Origin: the human T2T-CHM13v2.0 reference genome, Homo sapiens
Reading direction: 5' to 3' (one strand)
Assembly: GCF_009914755.1 (NCBI RefSeq)
Contig: NC_060934.1
Length of the DNA stretch: 64,000 nt
The notes under the pieces are model-generated. The model made no database searches and was not told the origin of the DNA. It saw only the letters and a list, made by a program, of their open reading frames with translations. Positions 16,531 to 34,307 of the stretch are shown in pieces; the first letter of the stretch is position 1; every line of letters starts with the position of its first letter. Made by a program: the position numbers and the translations under genes.

Positions 16531-18414
16531 CTTGCTTTTTAGTAAAAACTCTCACATCTTTTAGTTTCCAACAAGTGATGCTTGTCTCAGTCTCATTATA
16601 TCTTTGATGACTTCTTCACCATTCTTTCTCTTCCTTCATTCCGTAGATATCGAGATTTCTCAAAACATCTCATCAACAGTCCAGCCTGTTTCTTGACCCT
16701 GTACCTCTTATTTTTCATTGGCTGAGGACCAATTTTCTTGTTCTAAAAATAAAGCTAAGAGCAGGCACTTTTTTCTCCAGTCATTTGCTGAAAAACATAA
16801 ACTCATCAGATAATAAAACAAATGCTGTTTCTTGCCTGCCTTGTACCAATTTAGGGAGAAGCCTAGGGGAGAGTGACTGATTTTAGCTCCAGCCACTCCA
16901 GGTAGGGAAAACTGTGCATGGATGATTGGGAGAACCTTACTTAGATGGGGGACAGGCAGTTGTGTTAGTGAGTTCTAGCAGATGCACCCTCCATGGCATG
17001 GAGGAGTATTGTCCTTTTATGCCAGGGTACCTTAGAAGAGTATCGGTGTGGGTTGTGACTTATGAGAGGGGCTACACATGCATGGGTTGGGACAACCATG
17101 TGGTATTAATCTACCAGTGGTTTCAAGTTATATTGATAAAACAAATACATTCTTACAATTTAAGTGTAGCCTTTACACCTGAATTCAACCATCTGCTATC
17201 TAGCAAAATTCAGTATCTTGCAAACTTAAGGCTGTCAGGCGTCTGCTGCTAATTTAAGGATAGCTTGGTGGAATTTGCATGGAGGGAGCAGTTCTCTTTT
17301 CTCTTTCTGAAATGACCTTCATCTCTCTTTTTATCTGATTGGTTTATCTGTTAAAACCCAGCTTAGGAAAAAAAAAGCTTAGACATTGCCTCCCTGCTAA
17401 AGCCTTTCCATTTCTAGAAACCTATCTCCAGTGTCCATCCTTGAGAAAGTCAATCCTTCTTTTCTCTTTGTTCTCTACCTGGATTGAAGTTGTTTCTGTC
17501 AATTAAAACTACCATATTTTATTATAATTTATTTACATGCCTGTCTCCTCTACTAGTGAGATCCTTGGGGATAGAAACTGATTTATTAATTTTCTTAACT
17601 ATAAAGTGCCTGACCTGTGACAAAAGCTCAATACATGTTTTGAGTAAATCAATCACTGCACCAACTCAAATCACAGTATTCCCCCCCTCCCCGCTGATTT
17701 CAAGTGACCACCTCTGATCCCCTTAGACACAAACATTGACCCTGATTAAACCTGTGTTTGCTTTGATCCATAGATACACATTTGAACTACAGGCCATCCT
17801 TTCTGGACGGGGTTTTGTTACTCTGGCCTACAGTTCTTTATTCTTTTTCTCCCCACTGACCAGCATGTATTAAAGTCACAAGACCAGTCTTTCAAATAGA
17901 TGTTTTGAATGGGGCAAAGCCTTTTCATCTTGAAGCCCTGTAAGTCACTCCAGAGAGTGTGGGAAAAGCAAAGTGCTTGGCATAGGGTACGGTAGTAGCA
18001 GAGGATCTTAATTATAGTTCTTCACATTTGAGTGAAGTTCTGAAGCTATGAAGTAGAAAGTAGGAATTATCATCTCAGTTACCTTAGTTTTGATGTGTGG
18101 ACCAAAGAAAATGTTCAGGAATCTTCATATTGTGAAATGTGCAGTACATGTTTAAGGTTGTAGAATATTGGCTCTAAGGAGAATTTTATATTCATTCTTA
18201 AAAGAGAACTAAGTTAGAGACAGTATCTTCAGATTATTGTTTCCCCAAAGACCCTTACCTGGTTTTACTGTTGAATTAAACAGTAAAATTAAACTGTTGA
18301 GTTAAACAGCATTAAAGATGGTGCAGTAGCATCATTAGATGCATGGCCTTGGAAGAACATAGCTTTCATATCAGAAATGTACTTTTCAAAAAATCTATAT
18401 TTCCTTTTAAATAA

Positions 18415-18800
18415 TTTTATAATCTCAGCTTTCATTTTAGAGTTGGGGGTACATGTGTAGGTTTGCTATGTGGATATATTGTGTGATGCTAAGGTTTTGG
18501 GTGCAAATGATCCTGTCACTCAAATACTGAGCATAGTGCCCAATAGGTACCTTTCCAGCCCTTACTCCTTTTCTTTTGTTCCCCCCTTTGGTTGTCCCCA
18601 GTGTCTGTTCCAATCTTTATGTCTATGTGTGCCCAATGCTTAGCTCCCACTTAGAAGTAAAAACATGTAGTATTTGGTTTTCTGTGCCAGTGTTAATTTG
18701 CTTAGGATGACAGACTCCAGCTGCATCCATGCTGCCGCAAAGGACATGATTTCATTCTTTTTAATGGCTGCGTAGCATTTCATGGTGTGTGTGTATATAT
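18415..18800 (-). mobile_element. Old L1PA (about PA15/16) 3' end
   Basis: gggggtacatgtgtaggtttgctatgtggatatattgtgtgatgctaagg; ORF2 C-terminal remnant YAAIKKNEIMSFAAAWMQLE. Confidence 0.8.
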
Positions 18801-21800
18801 ATATACATGTATATATATAAATGTATATATAAATGTACTTTTTCATGTGAGAATTCTTCCAATAAAATATTGATGACTGTGGCATAGGAGTGTAAAATTA
18901 GAAGTGCTTCATATGGATACAATGCCTACATTTCAGAAATCTTCATGCAGCTCTTCTGGAATGTGGGCAAATTAGTCTCCCGGTTTTCTCTATGGTCAAC
19001 CATTTTCTATTATACTCACCTTGTCAGAAGATATTTAATTTACCACAATTAACTAAAAGCTTTTGTTTAAAAAGTATGTCTTATGGAAAACAGAACAGAG
19101 GTGACTAATTTTTTGTGTGCAGTAAATGTTTTTAAGTAAGCATTTCTACAACCAGGTGAAGGAAATGATTAAGTAGAAATTGGGACTTGCATGTAATTTT
19201 TTAAAAGATTGTGAAACTTGTTAATATTATGCATGTATCCAACTTCTTTTCTATTTTCAAATTATTCCAGTAACAAAGGTTTATGCAATAGGTATACTCC
19301 CAAAAGGTTGTGTTACTATATAATGCAAATGCATGAGGATCAGTGTTTAAGCAATTAGTCAAAACCTCTAATTTACCTCTTCCCAAACGTAATGTATTAT
19401 CTCTTGAGTTATCTATAAGCGGCTAGTTGTAGGAAAAAATGAGAAAAGCTGGCTATATAGCAAGTTTGTTCATCCAGAAAACTTCAGGGTTTTTAGTTTG
19501 AAACCTTCATGAGAAATTTTTAAATAGTTAAAAGCAACTGTAATTGTAGCTACTTGTTATCAGTTGTTCTTCAGGCCTAGTTCTTAAAAGAGAAATTTTA
19601 GGAGTATGCTACTCTAATTTCAGCAGATAATCATTTAAGATGCTGTCATGATAGAAAACGACTCCAGAATAATAAGGATAGTTTATATGTTTCTTAGAGA
19701 TTCTGTAATGATCAATTTTTAGAAAGTATACTTCATACAAAGCCAAATATTTGCTTTTGTTTTTTTGTTGTTGTTGTTTTTCTTTTGTTTGGTTGATTTC
19801 AGCCAACCCCATTTACCCCATTATACTCAATTTTAATTTAATTGTTTTGGAAAATGTTCTTCCATTTCATTACAACATTTTACGTTTTCTCTAATATGTG
19901 TTTACGTAAATTCACTTTGAAGAAATGCATTTATACCATCAGCTTTATGGAGTTATTGCAAACCAATGCCATCATCAGTGAGACTATAAATTTTTTTTTG
20001 CAGACTAGTCTTTTCATCATGACTTTGCATAACATTGTTCCAGCTAGATCAACAAATTGATTATTATATTTTACTATATCATGAATAATGCCCAGAGGCT
20101 TAGTAATATGAGTGAAACTTACTGGGGATGATATTTTATTTAAGCTGCTATATTTAAATGGTGCTGCAATTTAGGTATTCCATTGAATCTACATATAGTG
20201 CATACTTGACATAGTTAAGAAAAGGTTTTGTTACTTTTCTTATATTGAATATTTGAGTAATACACAGTTCTGTTGTACGTTAGGATTTGAGTCCCTTATG
20301 TACAAAAATATTTACTACCTTCTTTGTTTCATTTCAGAATGACCTTATTTAAAAGTGTATGAGGCTATTTATAATCAACTCTGTGGAAGTGATTAAAGAG
20401 GTGTGAATAATAGGTTATTGGAACTTGACAGCTCATAGTTTGCTAAACTAGTGTTAGAACATTTATGCTGCTCAGATGTACCTTATTTTCCTTAAGTGAG
20501 AATTTCTGTTTTGACATGTGGTTTGTTGATATAATATATTGCATAGGTTTTTCTCTTTTAAGTGGTTTACCAAATCTTGATATTTTATTGCCTTATTTTA
20601 CATTTTCAGCTTAATCAACATTTTATGCTTAATAAGAATAACCTTGGTACAGGCTATAAACAAAACAGTCAGTATAGACAGAGTACGGTCCTTAAGTGGA
20701 GCATCAGCCTTCCATTTCAAGCTATCCTATAAAATAAATACAATCAAATTTTTTTTAAATGGGAAAAAAACTCTTTTCTTACAGAAAATTTGAAAACATT
20801 TGGTAGGTTAACATTCAGCAGTTGTTACTCTGGGAGGAATGTTAGAACTCCTGAAGAAATTTGGGATAGCCAATATATCCATAAAAAGAAGAGGTGTGTA
20901 TTTGGTATTTCATTAAATCTTTACTAATTTTAAATACAAAGACCAGAAAACCACGAATTTGAATCAATTGAATTTGAGTTAGACAGCCTTTTTATTTGAG
21001 AATAAAAAGAAATCTAGGAAAGCATTTTTAAAATTTTGAAACCATTACTTAATGAGTTTCCACTGTTCTCATGGATTCAGAGCATTGTCATTTGGTAGTA
21101 CTCTCAAGTATTCTCAAGATTTACTAAAATGCATTTTAATAATCGCAATTCAGTTTTCCCTAACCAGCCAGGAGGTAATGTTTCTAAAAAGAACGTGGTT
21201 GGGAAAACTGTGGCAGAGAAAATCAGGCCTCATAGACAACAAAGGTTAGAGAAATAAAAGTAAAAATTACTGTGTATATATTCTACAATAAACCTGAGAA
21301 ATTCTTTATAAAAAAATCCAAAATTAACCACATTTCTCAACATGAAAAACTTCCTAGACTAATTCATCACTGGACCCATTTACTCAGTTGTGATTTTAGC
21401 ATTAGTCACCCACAAATTTTGAATTATGTAAATTACACCCATTTTAAAGTTTTTGAACTATCTGGCTTGAAACCTAATTTTTCTCTTGATTTCCTCTTGT
21501 CTTATTTTTCAAGTCTGAGAAATTATTGTGCAGCAGTCTATATTTTGGTGGAACTTAAGGGTATATTTTTCTAGACCTGACTTCATTTATTAAAAAGTTG
21601 GAGTACAAGTGTTTATGAAAGGATGGTATAATTGTTTGAAAGTATCAGTTGTATATGCATACATATAAATAGCCCAAATGTTTTATAAAAATGAAGTGTG
21701 ATGATATATTCAAAGAACGCTGCAATAATTTATTTTTGGAGTACCATGGTACTTTGGAGAGAACTCTAGAGACCTGTTTTTAATCCTTTTCTTCTAATTA

Positions 21801-23321
21801 CTCTCTGTGTGAATTTGAATAGTTTGCTTAGCTTTACTAAGCTTCCTATATCTTTTCCTTAAAAAGTGATGATAATACCAACTCTACCAATGTTACAGTA
21901 TGTTGTTCTGAGGATGTTCTGGTTAAAGTGCTTTGTAACTTGTGAATTGCAAGGGAATTGTAAGATTTGCCAATGTTGCACTTGTTGCCAATCTGAAGAT
22001 TCAAGCTATAAGTTGAATACAAAGTATGTGACCTAGAGAAAACATTACTCTGCCCCCTACCCTCATCCCACCCCCATGACTCAGGTTGACAGCTATTCTT
22101 AGTTAAGAGATACTTGGGGAAAAGAGGACAGTTTAGAGAACTTCCTGTAGGTATTCATTGACTCGTAGTTCCTTTTGGCCTTCTCAGACACTTTTCTTAA
22201 AAGACAGTTTTATATCGGTAACCTCACTCTAAAGTCTGTAGAATAATAGCACATTCTGATTATAGAGTCAGTCTAACTTTATAACGCTAGAGTAGTACAG
22301 AGAACTCTCATGTTGTTTAGGTTTTCCAACTGGGGACATCCTGTGATCTGACTGTTCCTAGTGCACAAGCTAATCCCACCCATATCCTGTTTGTGAGTAA
22401 TTGGATGGATGCCTGGAAAATCTAGTGCCAGATTGTATAGTGCCTTTACAACAGAAATCTCTAGTTTGAATTGATTTACCCTCTACCTAAACAAACACCT
22501 CTCATAGGTGAGCCTCTACTCTAAAAAGGCAAGATTATATAACATAGATCCCTAGTTCTTGTTTCCATAGTCATGCTTTGGATGGTACTCCCATTGATCT
22601 GGATCAGAGACATATGTAAAATACAATTTCAGGGTGTTGTTTTTCTGTATAACTGAAGCAGTAGATTTTGAATTGTATACCTCTTCCCATGAATATAGAA
22701 GACAGCTTTGTAGGAAAAAATTTCTTCTTAAATCATCTTTTTTATCTAAATTATTAAGAATAGGAAAATACCATTTGCATCATTGTAGTCTCTCTTACTT
22801 CTTGGGTTCTCTTTACAAGATATCAAAATATGTTTAAAAAAAAAACCCGGATGCATATAGGTGTGTGCAAGCTTGTCGTAATTCAAAAAAAAAATCCATT
22901 GTTAAATTTCAAAGACGTGTAATAGTGCTAGCATTTACTACAGCATTGTGATAAAGGGCACAAGCTCTAGAGTCAGTATCCTGGATATAAATGCTAAATC
23001 CACCACTTACTGAAGAATTCTACCAGGCATGGCAAAAATAAAACCTTTCTTCTAATTGCCATATTCTTAGCCATAATTTGTGAATTATTCAAAATTAATA
23101 ATTTGTTTTGGAACCCCAACTCAGTAGGTATAAGCCGAAAAAGGGAAGGACTGAAAAGTATGAAAAGTGATAGCTTCAGTGAGCCCTGGTTGATACCAGG
23201 GCTCAAATTATATTATGACTCACTCTCTTTCTCTCCCCCCACCTCCCTTGTATTTCTTCCTCCCTTTCCTCTGTCTGAGACATAGGGCTTGAACTGATTG
23301 CTTTAAAAGGCAATGAATCTT

Positions 23322-25444
<2,123 letters not shown>

Positions 25445-25481
25445 AAAAGCCAGTGAATCTGTTGTGAATACTTACAGGCAG

Positions 25482-25793
<312 letters not shown>

Positions 25794-27098
25794 TAGGCAG
25801 AACTTTTACTTGAGGGAAGGATTGATATAAGATTCTGACATTCTGTTTTTTATGTTCTTTGTATATAATTGCATATGATTTTGAAATATAAATCTTTTGA
25901 ATTTCTTATTAAACTTGTAAATGATGTTTGTAATCGTAGGCAATTTAAGATTTCGTACTAGTTAAGGTATAGACTGTTAGAATGAATTCAGGGTAAACTG
26001 TGTGTGTTTGTGTACTGGGGAAACTGTGTAGTGGTAGCTTATAGGGTCATCTGTTAATTAGTTACTGAGATAGGCAGTTTATATAAATTGCTCATTCAGT
26101 CCTTAAAAAATCTTATAAGTAGTTATTATTCTCCCATTATATGTGAGGAAAATACAAGAAACTGCTTCCTTTTGCAAACCAAACACTGCCTTTAAACTTA
26201 GCATCTTAGACTGCCACTACCTGCAGACATGACTAGAACTTATTAAATATTGTCTTTTTTCAGTTTAATAGTTACTTAGTAATATGGCCTTTATCTAAAT
26301 TTCCTAATTTTGCCATGTTAAAATGTAATCCTATTTGAACTATGAACTTTGAATTTACTTTAATAAAAATAATTTCTACCACTGCTAATACAATGTAAAA
26401 TTTTTAAGCTTAGCTTAAGATTAATGTTACTTTGGAAATAAATTGCTACACATTTACACACATAATTTATATAGGAAATAAATCAGTCTATGGAAATATA
26501 TTTAGATTATAAGCCTTTTTAGCTACAGAAACAAAATTGTTTAGAATGAACTTACATAGCAAGACAAAATTGAAAACAGAGGCTTTAGAAGCTAGTGTAA
26601 TATAAAGTTTACAATTTACAAAAATTACTTCATTTAAATAGCAGTTATTTTTACTTACTTTCATTGAAGAAATAAAATCCTATGATTCAACTTACAGTAT
26701 ACAGTCTTTTTGCATGGAGGGATGATTTTGTAAGGCCCAAATCAGTACTGCTTAAATCAGTACAAAGAGTGTATTTGTTTTATGGATCATGTTTCTGGTT
26801 TTTTCACCCAGAATAAAACTTTAAAAGGAAAAATTTTCTTCTGTTTCCAAAAGGAACTATTGGGGTATGTGGAGGGGTTGATCCACAACCCTAAACTGGC
26901 AGAGAGCTTGGGTGTATATATAAGCAGCTAATCTCTCACCTAGTTCCAGGTACATATCTTTGTTGTTGACCAGAAAAGTGCCTGACCAGAAGTCCACATA
27001 CCTCTCCTGTTATTTTCCTTCCTATAAATGTGGCCTTGCCTGCCAGGGAGCATTGCCTTAAACTAAACTGGAAATAAGAAGCAGCATTCATTATACTA

Positions 27099-27133
27099 TA
27101 CACTTGATCTTAGCCAAAAGGCCAAGAAGCAAT
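27099..27133 (-). pseudogene. 3'-truncated (tailless) U2 snRNA retropseudogene
   Basis: Reverse complement attgcttcttggccttttggctaagatcaagtgta equals U2 nt 1-35 with two CpG transitions; 16-bp direct repeats cattcattatactata at 27085-27100 and 27134-27149. Confidence 0.93.
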
Positions 27134-27899
27134 CATTCATTATACTATAAATCTCTATTGTATGAGGAGTAATAGAGGGCAGATATATCACTACAGGACA
27201 TGCCTAGTATTTTTACATCCCAGAGTATGTTGCAGGGATCCTAGTATGTAAAAATCTCAGAAGCATAAACAAAATTTATTTTAAATTTTAGTTTTAATAA
27301 GCTTTTTTAAACTCCGCATCCTACTTTTAGTGGGATATAAGGGTTATTAAATCACACTTCAAAAAGTTAGAAACCCTACAAAGGCCATACAGAAAATAAA
27401 ATCCTCTGAACCTAGGTGCTACTAATTCACTCAAGATAAATTTAATCATTTTATTATTTATGGATATAATCTAATGGAATAATTTTAATACTTTAATGAA
27501 AACATTACTTTCAATCAGATGTACAGAACTCACAGGAAAACTTGAAAATTCTTAATTATAACTGTAAGACCTACGTAGTATAACTAACAGATAAAAGGAT
27601 TGTCTTTAAATCTTTATGAAAACGTGAAATGAAGCAACATAAACATTAATTCATTGACAAAACAGTTTATTTTAAACACGTAAGAACAGAAAAGGTGGAG
27701 ACTTGGTGGTTGTAAATTTGGACAGGAATATATTGAAATATCATGTGTATGTGGATACAGATATCAGTATTCTGGTTACTGCCCTCAAAAAGCATATGTT
27801 CTTTTTAAGGAGTTAACAAAGATATGATAAAATACTGAAAGAATAATACCAGTGATACTTAGTAAGTGCTAATAACTACCTTCAGAATATAGTATAGAC

Positions 27900-28400
<501 letters not shown>

Positions 28401-28407
28401 TTCTACA

Positions 28408-29680
28408 ATTCTCAAAAGATGCTTGTCTCAGGAACCCTTCATTTAAAAGTGATTTACGGCCCCAGAGTGCTTTTGACTATGTGGGTTATATTTACTGATA
28501 TTTACAGCATTAAAAATAGAAAAATTTTAAATATTTATTCATTCTTAAAGTTACTACATGTTAACATAAAATATCTTTGAGGAAAAGCTATTTTTAAAAA
28601 AGAGTGGCATTGTTTTACATGTTTACAAATCTCTTTAATGTGTGGGTTAATAGAAGGCAGTTGAATTCTCATATCTGCTTCTATATTCTAGCTGTTGCAA
28701 TGTGTTGAACTGTATTAAAACCTAACCTCACATAGATAGTTAGTTGGAATTAGCCTTTTTAGATAATTGTGGATATTCTTTGATTACCAAAACTCACCAA
28801 GTAGCAGTTTCTTAAAGTTTAGTTGTGATGTAAAATATAAAACCATATCAATGAATTTTATAGTTACATTAAAAAATCACTGCTCTCTTGAACTTTGAGT
28901 GGGCCTTTTACCCACTTACTAATTTGCAACATCATGCATTAGTTATTTGGAAGATATTGGTTCACTGAATTGTCCAGATCTTCCAAATGTTGACACATTC
29001 CATTTTACCCAATCAAAAAATCACTAATAGCAGCACCAATCTCTTCAGAAGGGTCTTCAAAATTAGGAAATTGCAAAATTCAACTCAGCTGCAGTTAACA
29101 TGTTTTCCAAAATTCTCATTTACATCTGAAAGCTCAAATTTTATTGGCAACAAATTTGGCCAATTTGTCTTCCTTTAAATGACAGGCTTATTTGGCTTAT
29201 TTTTGAGAAAATATCTGCCAAATACTCAAACCTGAATAACCATTGTTTGTCAGTTGGTTATTCTTTCAAGTTAAATAGATGTACCATGAAAAAAGCAGCT
29301 ACTTCGGTAGCAACTTAATTCCAGGAGTGATTTTCCATAAGACATCTGTTATACTTTGATGTCCAGCAGAAGTGTTTTGTGTATACATCCCATTTTGTTG
29401 TACAGAACACTAAAAAGACATACACTACAGGGTCAAAACTTATTAAAGTAATTTTTACTACTTCATCAAGGATGTACTTAAGTGAAACTGGCAAATTTTT
29501 TAACTGGAAATGAGTGGCAGTGAGGGCTACAAGGATATAGTTTGCTGCTGCTGCCTTGGTAAGTGCTAAGATGCCAACAGTTTGACCTACCATTGTCTTT
29601 GTATCATCAGTGCAAATGCCAAAGAAGTGAAAAGGGCAAGTACTGCCTTAGTATTATTATAAAAATGGTTTTGACCTTGC
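28408..29680. mobile_element. Charlie1-family (hAT) DNA transposon remnant
   Basis: aagagtggcattgttttacatgtttacaaatctctttaatg...gtgcaaatgcc...agtattattataaaaatggttttgacc; decayed transposase-like ORF on the minus strand (29315-29593). Confidence 0.75.
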
Positions 29681-30579
29681 TGAAAAGACAATAATGGAGG
29701 AAAGAAATTGCTTTTAGTTCAAATAAGTTAAAGAAGACTCCATGATAAAGATCAATGTAATATGCATGCCCTACTTTATTTTTCTTTACCTGCTTTTTTC
29801 TATAAAAATAAAAGTAGGAAAGCAATTAGCATGTTAAAAATTATTTAACCATGTTACTTTTAAAATCATTCTTTGATTCAGCAATTATTTATTAACTATT
29901 TTGCATAAGTTATTTTTGTTGTTGATAAGTGGGCAATATGTAATGTTTAGAATAATGATCATGCCAATAAAGCATCTGTGCCCCCACTATAAAGCACTGC
30001 TATGTGCTGGGCACTGTGTTTATGTGCTTTTAAATGCATTCACGGAATCTTCATGGTAACCTTAGGAGGTAGGTTTTATAGAAAGTTAACTGGAATTAGT
30101 GCCAGCTCACAATTTTTATATAACTAGATAAATTACTTAACTTATTTGGATTTCAGTTTTCTCAAGTATAAAATACGAAGCTGAGACATATCTTCAGATG
30201 CTTAACCAGGCTTAAAATTCATTAAATAAACATATATTTCACAGCAGGATAACCCTTTATTGACACATTATCAGAATACTCTGAATTTTATTAGGAAGCC
30301 ATAAAAACAATTACCAAATCATTAACATAAACTTTTTGAAACTTTATGTCCCTTTCATTTTAAAATTCGTTGAGTCAATACATTTTTCATAACACTTAAT
30401 CCTTTACTGACACATGATCAGAACACTGAACACTTGACCAAAGACCTAATGATAGATGTGAACATAATGTAAACATGAAGGGATATAGTCACTATTGTAG
30501 CGGAATAAAAAATAATACAAAAGCGCAAAGAACAAGAGTCAGGAAAGGTCAAGAAGAGCATCAATAAAGCAGCAGTGTT

Positions 30580-31970
30580 TTAGTTTGTTCATTAGTTCAA
30601 CAGATGTCTTATATGCCTTTGTTATGCCCTGTAAAGCTTGGAATTTAGACTACTGGAGGGAACAAAATGATGTCCTTGCCCTCATGGAGCTTACATTTTA
30701 GTGGGGGAGTGTGGTAGGTAGGATAGTGGCCTCCCAAATATGTCCATGTCCTAATCCCTAAAACCTGTGAATATGTTACATTACTTAAAAAAAGATTATT
30801 AAGTAGCAAAGGAATAGGGAGATTACTTCGGGTTATGTGGCTAGGCAAAATGCAATGTTAAAAGTGGAAGCTGGAGTTTGAAGAAGGGTCAGTGGCAGAA
30901 TGATGCGACATGAGAAAGTTTCAACTGGCCATTTCTGGCTTTGAAGATGGAAGGGGCCATGTGCCAAGGAATGCAGCAGCCTCTACAAGCTGGAAAAGGC
31001 AGGAAAGTGGATTCTCCCCTAGAGTCTCCAGAAAGAACACAGTTCTGCCAACATCTTGATTTTAGTCCAGTGAGACCCATATTGGGCATCTAATTGTGAA
31101 ATAATAAATGTATGCTATTTTAAGCCTCTTAGGGATATGTCAGTTTGTTACATCAACAATAGAAAACTAATACAGAGTAAAAGAAAGTAAACAAGTAACT
31201 AAACAAGATAATTACAAACTACGATGGATGCTTTGAAGGAAATAGGATGATGTGAAAGAGTAAAGGATAAAGCATGTTGGTTTAGGTGATCATGGAAGTC
31301 TTCTTTGGAACTATGACACTGGAGTGGAAAAGAAAGACCCAGCTGTGTGGAGTTGGAAACAGAATCTCAGGCCAAGGGAAAGGCAAGTGTAGGGGCATGG
31401 AGTAGAGAAGGCTTGCCATTTACAAAGAACAAAAACAGGTCATTTAGCGAGAATGAATAGAATAGTGGAAAAGGTGCAGGCCCAAAAATGTGGAGCCTTG
31501 CAGGAATGATGGAACAATGGAAAGCCATTGAAAGGTTTTAAGAAGGAGAGTGATACATTTTGCTTTACATTTTTGAAAGATCACCCCGGCTGCTGTGTGG
31601 TAAATGGAAACAAGGGACCAATGACATGGTATTGTAGTCCTGAGGAGGAAGTTTACAGGCGGAAGCAAACTAGTGGCATTGGTGCCTGGAGAGGATTGTT
31701 GATGATAGACGGGATATGAGTTCCAAAAGATGAGTAGGAATTTGCCCCTAGAGAAGAGGAAGAATACATAGCAGAAGCATGAAAGTTCAGGATGTCTGGG
31801 AAATTGAATATACTTTGCAGAACAGTAGCAAGTGAAGATGAAGAGATTGTTTAAGCGATAATGTATGCAGTCGGGAGACCCTTATTCGCCATGTATGGGA
31901 GTTTGGAATTTATGGCATATGCAATGGAGAGCCATCTGAAATTTCGAATCAAGAGAACAAAACAATCTCT
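30580..31970 (-). mobile_element. L2 fragments interrupted by MLT1D
   Basis: gtccttgccctcatggagcttacattttagtggggg; tttgaaagatcaccccggctgctgtgtgg. Confidence 0.6.
30710..31174 (+). mobile_element. MaLR solo LTR, MLT1D-like
   Basis: tgtggtagg...gtcctaatccctaaaacctgtgaatatgttac...gattctcccctagagtctccaga...aatagaaaactaataca with TG...CA termini. Confidence 0.82.
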
Positions 31971-32209
31971 TGACCTGAAGTTTTGTGATTATTATGTATG
32001 TCCTTCATTTTCATTCTGAAGTAAAGGAGAATAATAAGGGTGCTTTAAGTTTTATCATCTTAGATTCTGAGAAGTTCAGAAAGATTTGATTAAGTACTTG
32101 TCAATGAAGTCTTTAATAATTCATTGGGAACCACACTTTTATTCTGTTTTGTTTTTTTGTAAGGACTTTTTTTTCATTTATGGGCTCTACTCTTCTGCTG
32201 TCTTTGGAG

Positions 32210-32430
32210 AGACAGCACAGTAACCTGTTCAGAGCATGTCCGGAGCCACATGGCCTAGGGTACAGTCCTGGTTACCAGTACTAACTGGTCAACCTTTGGC
32301 AAGTTATGTAATCTAAGTCTTAGTTTCATTGTCTATAAAATAAGGATAATAAAAATTCTTCAAGTGGCTTCTGTAAGGATTAATGGATTCAGTGCATATA
32401 AAGCACTGAATATGTAATAAGCACTTTGTG
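32210..32430 (+). mobile_element. MIR
   Basis: ggcaagttatgtaatctaagtcttagtttcattgtctataaaataaggataata. Confidence 0.65.
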
Positions 32431-34307
32431 GATCAGGGTTGAAGCAGGGTGCAGAAGTATACGAGGAGCATTGGTTGTAAGCTTTTCTATATATCAGTAG
32501 TAGAAATGTGACAGGTCATAATTTCTTTAAAGTACGTTTAAAATACCTATTTCCCACTTCATTTTTATATATGGTATTAAATTTTCTATTTGTTTGTGTT
32601 TTCCAAGAATGTCCACTTCTTTCATCACAAAGCCCACTTATTCTCCAAAAAGTTTATATAAGAAAATGGGTAGTTAGTTTGCATGATCTTCTGCTTTATT
32701 GGATATTATTTATTTTCTGGAATAAGTTATGTCCACAGATGATTTTAATTCACACTGCTACTCAGGTAACTTAGGTAAAACAAAACATCAGGATTTTTTG
32801 GTACTACAGTTCAAATTTATTTAACTTCCCAACAATATATTTTAAATAACAAAGAAACAAAATACTCAATTTTACCTCTGTTGCACATTAGCAAGGCATA
32901 AAAGAGAGATTAATATAATTAGGTAAGGATTCTTATAGTATTTATTTTCTGCATCACTTTTAATTTAGCATTTAATTATGTACTATGACATTTCTCTATA
33001 TAATACTTCATGTATATTACTCATATTTGCAAAGATTACGTATATCTCAGAGGTGGAGACTAGATATTAAATGTCTTCATTCTCCTATCTTCTGAAGCAC
33101 TTAAGTCAGAGGAACTAAATTATTCATTCTAATTTGACAACTCAAGCTTGTAACATATTATAATGCTTAGAAAAGCTCAGTAAAACTAAACTCTAGTTAC
33201 CTATAAATTGTTTGTTTTTAATACTTCATCAGGAAATAAATTCCAATTAAAATTTCATTAATTATCCCCCTTGTTCTTTCATGTCTTTCCAATGAAGGAG
33301 TAGAAAGACTTTCTTTACAAAACTAGGCTCAGGGAATTAGTGTCCCATGTTGAAATTTGGCTCTCAGGAAAGCTCCCAGAAAGGAAGTCTCCTAGTTGGC
33401 AACCAATAAGCCTTACTTAGATTACTATATGTTGTCATTCCCATGGAAGTAAGGGAGGATCCGTCCTCAAACTACATCCTTGGGGTTCATGATCTTTTTC
33501 TTTTCACTTTTCCTATGATTTCTCTTCCCATGGTCAGGAGTTTTAAATTACACATACAGCATTACTAGTTTGAAGGAATCTTGGAGAACCAAATAAAATG
33601 AATTAGAATGTAATTCTTGTCCTCTTCCTTCATCTTATTTTTCACAACCAGTTCTGCTACTAATCGATAAGCCTCAAAGCCAATCAAAGGAGAATTACCT
33701 TCTGGGATTAGTAAATGTCAAAATATTTCTTAAAATTTTTTCATAAGATGAGAAAAGCTGAAAATCATGCCAACTCCTGTGGTTGAAACTATTTAAATAA
33801 TTGACTGTGTGTTTGGGTGTATGTGAGATACTATAACCTGTACTTTGGGGATGCTCATTGCCCTTGACAAGTGAAAGCGTGCGCTCTCCACGAGGCCTCC
33901 CTCCTGGCGTCTGTGCAGTAAGAGAGCAGCTTCCCTCAGCACTAGCTGGAAGGAGAAGTCACTTGTGCTGGTGTTCAGCAAGTATTACCTTCCTTTTCAT
34001 TTTATATAATGTTATGTAGCCATGAATAGGAAAGGTAAATGTTTTTCATACTTTAAATAGACTACTATCTTTCAAAAATAAGAAAATAGATCTTATTATT
34101 GTCTCATAAAACCATAAAATAAAAATTGTTTTATTTCAAAATCCACAGATATTTATTTACAACATAGTATTCATCAACTAATAAATGTCCTTTTTACCTT
34201 TCATTATTCTTTAGATTTTATTTCAGTATCCTGATTAGTGTTTTTAATTATACCTCCTATTCACCGTGATAACAAATTCAAATAACATAAAAATGTTAAG
34301 GAAGAGA

